64,000 bases of DNA, from positions 163,841,828-163,905,827 of the forward strand of contig NC_052155.1 of assembly GCF_902713615.1 (NCBI RefSeq). The letters run 5' to 3'. How positions within the stretch are numbered: position 1 is the stretch's first letter; every line of letters starts with the position of its first letter. The position numbers and the translations under genes were made by a program. Of this stretch, positions 39,246-51,086 are shown in pieces. The notes under the pieces are model-generated. The model was not told where the DNA came from. It ran no database searches and saw nothing but the letters and a program-made list of their open reading frames with translations. This DNA is from Scyliorhinus canicula. Lineage: Eukaryota.

Positions 39246-40029
39246 ACAACGACCTGCACAAAATGGTACAACTCTGCACATGAAGGACAATGCCACAGCA
39301 CACTGCAAAACAATGACAAGACTGCAAACATGCCATGGCATGACAACGAATCTCACAAATTCACATCTGCTCCAGAACAAGCAAGCACACCAGATTTCAA
39401 GGCAGACGACACACTAAATCGATACCACAAGCACAGAAAAAAGTCCATGTCTGTCAACATCAGTGGTTCAACCACCTTCAAACACCTTGGGATGACTTGT
39501 TGTTACTTAAAAACAAGAACACCAACAACATTCACAACAGAGCTGCAATATCAATATCACCACATCAACAACGAAAAGAAAGAAAAAACTCAATGAACAA
39601 ATTCATCAAGTTTGGACTCATAAATGTTTTTATTAAGATTGGACTCATAAATATTAATTGGTTTTTTAAAATATCCTATATCATCATCACTTCTACAGAT
39701 ACACATATCATAAGTTATCTCACTGTTTTGTACAATTTTCTTTAACACTGTACAGAAAATATGTAAAGAAAAAAGGGGGGAAGTGGTGATTGTACATCTG
39801 TGTATATGCAATATAACTGAGCAAGCACTAGAGGGAGCATGGGAGGTATAAAAACACGCAAACAGGAAGTCAGGACACAGTTCACAGGAACGGGAGCTGA
39901 TAGCAAGACACAGACAGGCAGCTCAGCTGTAACATTAAGTTAAGCACTGAAGAGAAAACAAACTCACAATAAAGCATCTACTTCAACTTTAAGACTACAA
40001 GCTTTATTAAGACACAAGGAACAACACAC

Positions 40030-41325
40030 CCCCTCCCTCCTGTCCCTGACGCATCCGATGGGCACTGTCAGAACAGGGGCACCTCGCCACCTGGGACACC
40101 CAAGCAACTGCAGGCCCATGAGGGCCCAGTCGCTCCAGAGGATGTTCACGAAAATGGACCCTGTCACAGGGCGGAAATCACAGTAGGTGGCTTCCACCCC
40201 TGATTTACCGCCTGGGGATCCATCTAGATGTAACTATAAGGTCCATAAGGCCAGAAAGGTAGTGTGGTATTATTATACATGCCAGTTAAGTAACGGTTAA
40301 TAAAATGTACACTAGAGGGAGCTAGTATTGACATGACAGTATACAGCATGGAGGAAGCAGTTGGTCCAGGAAATAAATGTAAAATATCTGACACTGACTA
40401 TAGAAAGATCAGAAATATCCCATGTGAAGAAAAAAAGGATAACCACTTGAATGAAAACAGTGACATAAAAGTTTAGGGTGACCGTCACCTTGTCGACCAC
40501 TAAGAGCAGGTGTCCTCCTCCATACCCCTGTGGGTCCAGGTGAGCCATGATCTGGCAGCTATGCTGTTCAGCCCCCCTGCTCAACCAGAGTCTGACTGCA
40601 TGCCCGGTCCGGCAGGTCCTCGAATGACAGGTGCCGCCGGTGCACACAAGGCCTGATCCAGCGCCTCTTTCCCACCTCCTCCTCTGCCTGTTGGGTGTCC
40701 GGCTCTCCATCCTCAAAAGCTGGGTCCTATTCCTCCGCTGGGTCCTCTCCGAGCAGCTCCTGCTCATACAGCCTCAATGCGTCCCCCAGAGCTATGGCGG
40801 CTAGGCAGAAGACCACCATTCTTGATTGGATTTTGAAGTCTATTGGCTGCAGGTGGTGAAAGGCAGAAATGGTGCAAACCTCTGTTCCGAACCAGCTCCA
40901 CCGGTCTGCATAGTGGCCCCGGCCTACACTGCAGCTCCTGAGACCGCACTCTACCACTCTGCCCGTCACACCACACCTTCGGCAGCCCATGGTCATGCCT
41001 GTGGGAAGGTGTTCTACCCCGTCTCTCTCCCTCAGCAGCCAAGGTGCCCGTTTCCCAATTTTTAAAACCGCAAGTGAAACTCGCCGTCTGTAATTCCTTA
41101 TGACGGAGGCGGAGCATCGCGGAGGTCCCGGGTCAGGCCCATTAATGATATGCCAACGGCCCTTATTGTGCGTGCGGAGTAGAACGCATTGATGCCGATA
41201 TTGTGGCACCGGCGCATGGCATTATGTCGGGCGCCCAACATCGGCCACGATTTTCAGCTGATGCGTGATTCTCCACCCAATTGTATTTCACGATTCCGCC
41301 ACCGTTGGATGGAGAATCCCACCCC
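40030..41325 (-). mobile_element. Degenerate Harbinger transposon (transposase N-terminus, possible Myb remnant)
   Basis: RLWLSR..CQIMAHLDPQGYGGGH...KVTVTLNFY (HARBI1-like); TIR ggagaatcccaccc. Confidence 0.75.
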
Positions 41326-41385
41326 AGAGTTTGCCGTGTTATTCTTTTTTTTGCAGATCATCACCATGGAGATTTTGTGACTACT

Positions 41386-42304
41386 GGGCACGGTTCACCC
41401 AAAACATTTCGAAGTGTCTTTTTGGGTGGGTTTGGCAGGATGTTTACTCCCGGCTTTTTGTGTGATATCCAGACTCAGAAGTGCAACATCACCGGCTGCG
41501 GGATTCCCCCCGGACTAGCCCACACTTAGAAATGTTTGCAGTAGTGGAGAACTAAACTCGCCAATGAGACCGGCTCCTCAAATTCAGGGTGCTCTATTCT
41601 CTATGAGCCTGAGGTCCCCCGCACCCCCACCCAAAGACAATGCCACCCTTTGCAGACCTGGGCAAACCCCCCCCCCCCCCCCAAAAGTGAACACACCCTG
41701 TTATGGGGCCACTGAGGGCCCCCCTTTCAGTATCCCCCTTTCACTCCCTCAACATTTATGAGACCCTTCAAATACCCCCTTCACCCTCCTACCCTTCACA
41801 CCCCCTCACCTCTCATTTCATGGGCATGGCCTCCACTTTCCCAATTCTTGGCAGTGCCAACCTGGCACCCAGGCACCCTGGTAGTGTCAGCTTTGCTACC
41901 GAACAATGTCCCTGGCACCCTGGCAGTGCCAACACTGTCAGGGTGCCCGGGTGCCAAGGGGAGTGCCAAGGTGCTGCCCAGCCCTGTCCCCAACCACCGG
42001 GAGGGGGCACAAATAGCCTCTGAGACCCTCAGAGTGGCTAACATACCTGGTCTCTGACCAGTGCTAATTGGAGCCCAGTGAGGCCCCACCGGTGGGGCCG
42101 TTGACTCATGGGCACAAGGAGAATGCGGCCTCAGGCAGGCTGTGTATAATTAAATTAACATAACGGCTCATTTAAATATGGATATGTTGGGCACCAAGGG
42201 TTGAATGACATGCGCAAGGTTTCCTATGTCGCACAAAGCTCGATTTGGGCCTCTCCCATGATGCACCGGGCACGGGGGTGCAGCACGGTGGTAAAATCGT
42301 GCCC
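41386..42304. mobile_element. Harbinger-type non-autonomous element
   Basis: TIRs gggcacggttcacc / ggtaaaatcgtgccc. Confidence 0.7.
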
Positions 42305-42720
42305 ATTATAAATGTTTAGACACTGGCCCACAAGAAACTTTTCATTGAAGGGGCAGACTGGAGAAAATGTTTGCTATTTTTAAAACTGTTCTGGCCTCCC
42401 AGCCATAAGGCTTGTGACATTTTCCATATGGCAGCTTCTCTTGTAATGTCAAGAGGCATTTTCAATTTTGGCTGTATTATGTAGTAATGTGAGACCCGCA
42501 AGGAAACGCTCCCCATACATATTAACCACAGTATATCAGACACAGATATTAACTAGTTGTTAGTTGTATTTATTGATATGAAGATAAAAAAGTCAGTTGT
42601 TATTTTGCAAAGGGAGATTTGCTTATTTGCTTTTGAAGTTATATAGTTTGTGTACGTATAAGTAATGCTTTACATGCCTCCCTTGAAATGATTTTAAATA
42701 TATTCATGTGATGAGACTAC

Positions 42721-44261
42721 CAGTGCATGATGATGTCATCAAACATCTCATCTGGCCATCTTGGTCCCAGTCTCTGTTTCTAAGCTCTTCAAATATCGAA
42801 CAGATTGACATGCATGGAATTTAAGTACAAACATATTTGCGTCAAACAGCAGGAGAGACCGTGATGAACAGAATAATCTTGTTCCCAGGAGGATAGATAC
42901 TAGCATGGCAAAGATTTTGGTTGGAATACGGAAGGCCTGAGCGTCAAACTGCCTCCCCAGTGAGTGGGATGCCACCTCAATGCAACTACTGACTACTCTG
43001 GCTTTGACATGAATGATACGTCACCCACCCACACCCCATTGAGCCGGGTGCAGCATGTTTTTCAAAATACTTCATCTTGTGCCTTCCACTAATCCAGTGG
43101 TTCTCAACCAGGGTCCCTGGGGGTCCATGTAACATTACTGGGGGTCCACACCAAAAAAATACCGAATTGGGGGTCCACGGTGATATTTTAGTGGTCCATA
43201 GAGCAATTCTACTTCAAAACAATTGTTATTACTGAGAATAAATATTTTACAGTAATCTACGCCATATTAAAATACTAAAAGTAGAAATATTCATGTAGCT
43301 ATGAATTTTTTATGGCAATCAAGTAGAAGAAAAAAACTTTACATTTGACAGTGTCGTAAATTTAAAGTTACCTAAAACAAACGGAGGTGAAAATCACCCA
43401 TCTTTTCTCAGGTAGCAGGCAGCGACCTTAGATGTTTGTTTTCATGATGGATATTCACCTTTCTCTCTCTCTCTCTCACACTGACAAAGGTCAAAGAGAG
43501 ATTATAATCTATCTAATTTACCTTGAGGGCTGAAGGGGCTCAGAACCAAAAAGGTGCATTTGCTGTGGCCCTAATTGTCCCACTAATCTCCCTTGGGATT
43601 CATAAACTTATGGGTGAAGAGAATATGCCTTGCTTTGCCTGGAACACAGTTTTCATATTTTTAAAAAAGTTCATAGTTCGATTCAAACTATTTTTCTTTC
43701 AGATTTTTCATCCTAACTCAAGTTATGAATAACATTTCTTTACAGGGGACCCTCATTGAATTACAAAGTGATGAAATATTGCACGCAAAATTCAAAGATG
43801 GGAAGCATAATATATGGAAAACAAATGACACTGCTAAAAAGTACCCACTACTCTGGGATAAAGCACAGCTCTACGTTATAGCTTTTCCATAATCTTACCT
43901 TGTTGAATCAGGATTTAGTCGTGTTTTTCACTTATTATCAAAAGCTCGTAATAGACTCGACATTGTGAAAAAGGGTGATCTTCGACTATCATTGACCTCG
44001 ATGGAGCCGAATATAAAAAACTCGCTGAGCAGCATCAACCACAGGGATCTCATTGAATAAATCTGCATTTTTTTCTTAATTACTCACTATGGGGGTCCAC
44101 AAAAAAAATTAAGAGGAAAAGGGGTCCATGGGTTAAAAAAGGTTGAGAACTACTGCACTAATCTATACCAGGTAGGATGCAAGTTGTCTTTCGATCATCT
44201 ACTGTGAAGGATCAAATTCAGTGGTGGTTTTATCAGCCGTCACAGAGGACATTGGCACCTC
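42721..44261 (-). pseudogene. Degenerate exon split by a hAT insertion
   Basis: Acceptor aactatctgtcag at 44262-44264. Removing the hAT and one TSD gives RQLASYLV*ISGRHKMKY (~QHYAAALMAVSGLPQMKNY), then after a frameshift ILKNMLHPAQWGVGG* and AFRIPTKIFAMLV (~LLRVPCSPLAVVA). 3' end uncertain. Confidence 0.5.
43095..44155 (+). mobile_element. hAT (Charlie/Buster-like) internally deleted DNA transposon
   Basis: TIRs cagtggttctcaacc / ggttgagaactactg, perfect 8-bp TSD cactaatc, C-terminal dimerisation domain remnant KYPLLWDKA..AFP*SYLVESGFS..KARNRLDI..GDLRL..SH*. Confidence 0.93.
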
Positions 44262-44454
44262 CTGACAGATAGTTTGAAATTCCTCTGTTATGTGTCATGG
44301 CTAGTTATGGAAAGCCTTTTCCATTTAAAAAAAAAAAATCATTTTTACAGAGTAATCTGGTTGATGTCGATCTGTATTTATTTTACTTCCCGTATCGACC
44401 GGAACAATTATTATGGCATTGAGCTTTCCTATCTCCTAACTGAGGAAAACATAC

Positions 44455-44560
44455 CTTTTTTAAAATAAAGACCAACATAAATTGAAGGCTTTTTATTCCA
44501 AAATATGTATATTTAGGGTGGAATTTAATGTTTGAGGTGATGATCGCACCCAGCACTGTG
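44455..44560 (-). pseudogene. Exon (106 nt): TVLGAIITSNIKFHPKYTYFGIKSLQFMLVFILKK
   Basis: Acceptor ctgtttag, donor aag|gtatgt; KYTYFGIKS resembles GREB1 KKYFGLSE. Confidence 0.55.
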
Positions 44561-46454
44561 CTAAACAGTTTCAGGGGTCCCGACACAGCTTTGGCGAGAG
44601 TCAAGCAAGTAGTTGGACATGATCGGCCTATGGTTGAATTACGGTGTGTACGGATTGGAAATTCCTCCTCCAGGAGATGGCAGATAATAGTAATAATAAT
44701 AATCGCGAGTAGGCTTCAATGAAGTCACTGTGAAAAGCCCCCAGTCGCCACATTCCGGCACCTGTTCGGGGAGGCTGGTATGTGAATCTGAAGCCAGCAG
44801 CTCTCCAATACTAGTGACACCTCTGCGACCTACACTGGGACCTTCACCAGACAGTGGTAATGCATCTCCAGGGAGAGATAGACGGATGTACCAGGAAGAA
44901 GGATGCCAGCGAGGGCTGGCAAGAGGGAGGGGTCGACAGCAAGGGTGGGGGGTGGGTGATGTTTTTCCCCTGAATCCCCGACCCAATTCTGGGTCAGTTG
45001 TGTACAGAGTACAAGACATCACCCCCCCCCCCCCGAATAAAATCATATTACTGCGGATGCTGGAATCTGGATGCTGGATGCTGGAATCCCTTCCTTGGTA
45101 GGATGTATAGATAACTTGAAAGGGCAAGATTCTGCCAGCCACTGTCAGAATGCCAGCAGCGATGGGCTTTGGGCAGCAGGCCTACTTTCCACCTTTTCTG
45201 CTGAGAACTTGACTGGGGGCATTCGTGAAGACGGCAGGGTGTCCACCCAGCCAGTCACATGCCCCCTCACCTCTGAACTTGCCCCTGGGGTGGATGGGCT
45301 GGGGTTACGGCGGCGGGAGGGGGGGAGGGGTTGGGGACTGCAGTGAGTTGAAAATTCCACCCTCAGTTTCTAAAGCGCATTAGTATCCCAGCACCATTTT
45401 CTTTTGGGTTGCCAGTGTTATAAATGCTTCATAGCAAAGGACTCTAATGACTTTTGGCATCTCAGAACATGAATCAAATCTATGCTGGAATGCGTCCTGT
45501 ATTACTGATGGAACGATAAAAGTTTAACTGGGGCGAGTGCACTGTTAAATCTTCAGCGATAAATACTTGCAACTGCTTTACATCCAATCAACCAATTGAA
45601 TATGTGAACTGTATATATTGTTTCAGTTACAGTTTTGGGTTTTCTTTATGTATGGATCTTAAAAAAATACACTTTCCACAAGCAGACCTCAGTCTGGTCT
45701 TATGGGATTTTTCATTCCAGCGTGACATGAATTGGACAGAACGGCACTAATCTTATCACACTAGTCCCTGACACAATGATGGAAATGTTTTCTTGCTTGG
45801 AACCCAAATCTCTGAGTGCAAACTCAGCGGTTCACTTTACTGGAGACAATCAGTTGACATCCCATTTCTGTGCACTCCCCCCACCCCTTCTCCACTCTCC
45901 CTGCCCCTTCAGGGGCGGGGTGGCGCAACCACTTTGCCAAAATAATTATTTCAAATGGATCAGATATGTTCAAAAATGAGGAATTGGTGACCAGAACCTG
46001 CTGGAGGCTCACAGGTAAGTACAGCCCCGGGGGCTGGATGGGAATAGGGAATAGAGGGATATAGCCAGGCAGCACCCTGGCACTTCCACCTGGTACTGTC
46101 TCCTGGTACTTCTCCTGGAGGCACTGCCGGGGGAGAGGTGTCAGAGGTTCGATGTCCATGCGGAGGTGGGAGGGATACTGTTGATGGAGTGGGCTCTGTG
46201 TCTATGAGTGGAGGGATTCCATGGTGGGAGGGGGTGTGGGCGGTTCTGTGATGGGGCAAGGAGTAGTTCTGTGGTAAGGGGTGGTGATCCGTGGTGGGGG
46301 TTATTTTATTCCACTATCATCTTTTTGACATCGGGCTAGTATTCCATTTGCCATCCTGATACCTTGCTAGACCCGCATACTAAGTTTCTTCTACCAGGGC
46401 AACCGGGTTCCTCTGTACCACCGAGTTCCGAAAACTCTGAATTTAAATAATATA

Positions 46455-46789
46455 TAATCATCAAATCCCTACAGCGCAGCAGAAGGCCATTTGGCCCATC
46501 GAGTGTGCACCAACCCTCCAAAGGTGCACCCTACATAAGACCAATCCCCAGTCCTATCCTTGTAACCCCTTAACTTCACCTAACCGTGGACACTTAGGGG
46601 CAATATAGCATGGCCAATCCACCTAACCTGCACATCTTTGGACTGTGGGAGGAAACCGGAGTACCCAGAGGAAACCCACGCAGGCAGGGGAGGAACATTA
46701 TACAGTCAGTCACCTGAGACCGGAATCAAATCCGAGTCCTTGGCGCCATGAGGCAGCAGTGCTAACCACAGTGTGCCACTGTGCAGCCC
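46455..46789 (-). mobile_element. HE1 SINE
   Basis: Diverged full copy. Confidence 0.8.
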
Positions 46790-47191
46790 ATACTGCTTTT
46801 CTATTCTCCCTCCCAAAGTGGACAAGTTCACATATTCCCACCTAAGGTTATATAAAATCATATCGTAATTTAAAAAAAAATTAGGTTAAAAAAATTTTTT
46901 AAATTAAGAACTAAACAGAAAACGTTCCCCAGATGTCTGAAAATTACCAATATCAAGGTGCGTTCCTTCCGCTGATGGCCTCAAAGGAGGCACTGCCATA
47001 ATATTTCTGCACCTCACCACATGGCTGCCTGCGTTGAGAGCTTGAATCTTTTAGCAGGGATCAGAAGACCGTAATGTGGTGTGCAGTTGTTCTCTGTTCG
47101 ATTGTGTGAGTCAGTTTGCTATTGATGCTCACTAAGGTTGAGAAATGTAAACAAAATTGTAGAAAGAGCAAAGCTGAAACATGGAGCTAAC

Positions 47192-47385
47192 ATTTCAAAA
47201 CTTTCATGAATGACATCTGTCGCACATAGAAACTAGTATCAAATAGATCTCCATCCCAAAAAGCTAAAGCCTTAATTGTAATCATGGTCAGCATATGCAC
47301 ATCAACATTGCTACCATCTTGAAGATCTGGGTCAGTACGTCACGCTAATTTGAGGCTGTTATACATCTTCAAGTCAACACCAATT
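47192..47385 (-). pseudogene. Probable exon remnant with one in-frame TGA: IGVDLKMYNSLKLA*RTDPDLQDGSNVDVHMLTMITIKALAFWDGDLFDTSFYVRQMSFMKVLK
   Basis: Acceptor ttttaactttctag, possible donor gttagc; about 64 codons with a single stop at 47340-47342. Confidence 0.4.
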
Positions 47386-47521
47386 CTAGAAAGTTAAAAT
47401 TGACCCTAAGTTCTTTGTAAGTATCTATAACACCTATATTTTGAAGTAGGCAGTATAATATAAAACTGTTGTTTTCTCAAATGCTATCATTCATAAAAAA
47501 GGCCAGAGGTTAGCTGATGTA

Positions 47522-48803
47522 TGTTGTTACGATCCATTTTGTTTAAATTAGACAAAGTTTAAAGTCTCAGTTATCCACCAGGATAATAAAGCCTTGCAAT
47601 TCCATGGTTGTAAACCAAGAAAAACACTTTACTATACCAAGTCAGAAAAGTCAACCAATCTATAATCGTATACCCTAACATTCAGAATTACCATGAGGTA
47701 AATGTGAATTAATAGGCAAACTATGTTGGAGCACAGCACACTGCACATTAAATGGCATATGCAACCAAGACAGATGTCGCAACAACTTGGGGCAGCACGG
47801 TGGCGTAGTGGTTAGCACTGAGGATGCTGAGGATCCGGGTTTGATCCCCCACTCGGGTCACTGTCCATGTGGAGTTTACACATTCTCCCCATGTCTGTGT
47901 AGATCTAACCCGCACAACCCAAAGATGTGCAGGCTAGCTGGATTGGCCACTTAATTGCCCTTACTTGGGGAAAAGGGTACTCGACACTTTTTTAAAAATC
48001 CTTCACAATTTATGCAGATATCAGCAATGACTCACATAATCACATTAAATCTCTGCCTCTCTCATGAGAAATTTCAACGCTCTGACTTTGGCTGCCGCAA
48101 TGACTCCTCAACTCCCAATAGTTCATTCTCTTCTTTCGAGACTGCATTCTATGGGATTCACAAAGCTACACTCCTATCTCTCGCTATGGGCACACACCCA
48201 ACTCTTTCACAAACCGTGAACTTCACGAAGCTGGCATTGCCCCAGGGATTCTCCTAGCTCCAATCTCCCAGTTGCACGGAGTGATAAATGGCTGCCAGGA
48301 CTTTTTCTGAGTCCTAACCCTCTCCAGCACAGAACTAGCAATCTTAACTTGCCCTCTCAGCTTCCAGGCTTTTCTCTGAGCAACAAACCACACAAGGTCA
48401 AAACTGCATCCAATTTCCTCTCTCAGTAAACACACAGACAAATTGCAACTGGAGAACCTAAGCTCCACCCATCTCTATATTCACATAGTCTTTGAGGGTT
48501 CACTGAATACTTTTAAACTAAATTTGTTCTGAGTCCAAAAACCAATCATCTCTCTGACTGCACTTCTTCGCAAGCAGTGTGACATGTGTCTCCAGTTCAA
48601 CAGCTAAGAAAGCCTGCTTGCTGTTTTATGGCTTCATCTTGTCTACGCTAACTCTATTAAAGGTATAGGAGTAATTTTCTGGACTACCATTTCTTGAAAT
48701 GTTTTAGCAATCTGCAAAACCTGCAGTTCACGACTTGATCTTCCCAGAACTAAATCGTCACCTCTAAGGTAGTAACATGAACCATGAATTAGATATTCAT
48801 CAC
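47522..48803 (-). mobile_element. Long solo LTR-like element with a nested poly(A) SINE (47789-47997)
   Basis: TGT...ACA termini; SINE head ggggcagcacggtgg. Confidence 0.5.
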
Positions 48804-48814
48804 AATGGTGATAT

Positions 48815-49930
48815 AGGAATTAGAAGTAGGAGTAGACAATTCAGAGCTTCAAGCCTGCTCTGCCATTCAATCATATCATGGCTAATCTCTTCCTGGTCAC
48901 AAATCTACCTCCCAGTTGCCCATATCCCTTCAACCCATTTTTAAAATCAAAAATATATCTATCTCCTTCTTGAACCCATTTCATGACTCAGATTCCACAA
49001 GACTATGGGGTAGCGAGTTCCACAAATTCACTACCCTCTGCGAGAAGTAGTTCCTCCTCATCTCAGTTCTAAATCCATCATTTCTCAACCTATATCCGTG
49101 ACCTCTTATTCTAGATTGCTCCAAAAGGGGGGAGCATTTGGCCAATGTTTACTTTATCAATCCATTTAGTATTTTATGCACCTCGATCAGATCCCCTCTA
49201 GGCAGCACGGTGACTCAGTGGCATAGTGGTTAGCACTACTGTCTCACAGCTCCAGGGAGCCAAGTCCAATTTTGACCTCAGGTGACTGTGTGGCGTTTGC
49301 ACTTTCACCCGTGTGTGCGTGGGTTTCCTCCGGGTACTCCGGTTTCCTCCCACAGTCCAAAGATGTGCAGGTTAGGTGGATTGGCCATGATAGAATTACC
49401 CCTTAGTATCCAAAAGGTTAAGTGGGGTTACAGGATTATGGGGATATGGTGCAGGTGTGGGCTTAAGTACGGTGCTTTTTCCAAGGGCTGGTGCAGACTC
49501 AATGGTCCAACTGGCCCCCTTCTGCATTGTAGGAATTCTCTGATTCTTCTTAACTCAAGCAAGTAAAAGCCCAAATTGTTTAATCTCTCCTCATCCGTCA
49601 ACCCTTTCATCCCTGGAATCAATCTGGTGAACCTCCTCTCTGAACTGCCTCCAATGTCACCAGATACTTCCTCAAATAAGGAGACCAAAACTGGACAAAA
49701 TACTCCAGATGTGGTCTCACCAACACCCTGTACAATTGCAACAACGCTTCTCTACTTTATACTCCATTCCTTCTGCAATAAACGCTAGCATTCCATTTGC
49801 CTTCTTAATTACATGCTGTACCTGCATACTGATTTTCTACAATTCATGAACAAAGACAACCAGATCCCTCTTCCCAGATGCATCTTGAATCTGATTTCCA
49901 TTCAGATAATATTTTGCCTTTCTATTTTTT
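48815..49930 (-). mobile_element. CR1 3' fragment with a nested HE1 SINE (49201-49545, +)
   Basis: RRFTRLIPGMKGL..EERL motif; CR1 3' UTR. Confidence 0.85.
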
Positions 49931-51086
49931 CGGCCTTCGCGCATGTTTTGAAATTAAACGTATGGTATGATTTTTACAACAAATACATTAATGTGTTGGG
50001 ATTACATTTATTTGTTCTTTTTGTTAGTGATTTTAACCCATAGTGTGGGTGAACAATTTCTCCTTTGGCCCCACAGTTCAGTCTTGCACCTCTCCTCTAC
50101 CTGGCTCACTGTTCTATTGACCCAGAACTTACATTCCCCAGGAATTGTAAGCCTGAGGTACCCCAGAAAATGCATTTGGGGAACCGCCTGGAAGTCCTTA
50201 TGCAAGGTCTGCACAGGAATTGCCTGGGAAATTTGATCCTCCAATTACCTGCATCGGGAAACATCCGATACTCCAATTGAAATTGGAAACTTTGGATAGT
50301 TCTGACTTTTTTAGCAGAATAGGTACCCAGGAAAAGTTAGAAGGATTAAAAACGGTAATAATAAAACTGAACCCTGCTTAAACCCTCAATATCCCCCCTC
50401 CTGATCCCCCCGGGATTTCATGACAAATCCCCCACTATCCTGACCAACCCCTCGTCTCATGACATTCCCCATCCCCCTGACATCCCCCCCCCCCACCCCT
50501 GACTACCCTCCCAGCCACTCCCAACCCTTCATTGGACTCCATGGCAATGCACCTCCCCCCCACCCGCTACCCCGACTACCTCCAGATCCCACCACTAGTA
50601 CCCCCACTCCACCAGCCTGACTCCCTCCCCCCCAACCCACTGACCACCCTCTCCTCCGCCTTGTGACTCCCCCTCCCTCCACCCTTCCCCCCACCTCCAC
50701 AACGAACCATCCACCCCTGACTGTGGTTGCCACTCCTCCAAGGTTCCAGCTCATTATTCTCTTTGAACTTTGTTGAATGTGGGAGCAAAGCCTCAGTAGA
50801 ACCCAATGGAAGATTTTTCCATTAATATTGAAGTCTTATAGCCATCCTTTGTTCCTTCAAACAATTAACACAAGTTGGCGATGCACGGATTCATTACATT
50901 AGAAGGTGACCGATAGAAATATTCTGATGCTGTGCTTGAACCCTGAAAAAGTAATTCTCGTGAACAAAGTCTTCGAAAATATTGAAAAAGTATCATTGAT
51001 GCTCAGACTACTGCTGCACTCCCAAATCGATCAACTATAGATTCTGTGACTAGTCGTCAGACATTATAACAGATTTGATTCCTACT

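Larger units (their letters stand above)
37175..40028 (+). mobile_element. Non-autonomous LTR element: internal region, PPT and 3' LTR
   Basis: PPT aaagaaaaaaggggggaa (39765-39782), then LTR with TATAAA, AATAAA and ...ACA end; no pol in the internal region. Confidence 0.7.

Noticed and set aside
38724-39417. Val-, Cys- or Thr-rich ORFs as membrane, metallothionein or mucin genes
   Set aside because: Products of a low-complexity minisatellite inside an LTR element.
45721-45750. Plus-strand terminal exon RDMNWTERH*
   Set aside because: Acceptor-like site only, with no partner exons or recognisable homology.
47340-47342. In-frame TGA as selenocysteine or readthrough
   Set aside because: Other segments of the same putative gene contain TAA/TAG stops and frameshifts, so ordinary decay explains it; no SECIS was recognised.
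34770-50943. Further candidate minus-strand exons (near 50943, 45590, 42473, 34979)
   Set aside because: Plausible acceptors, but no convincing donor or motif match; left uncalled.
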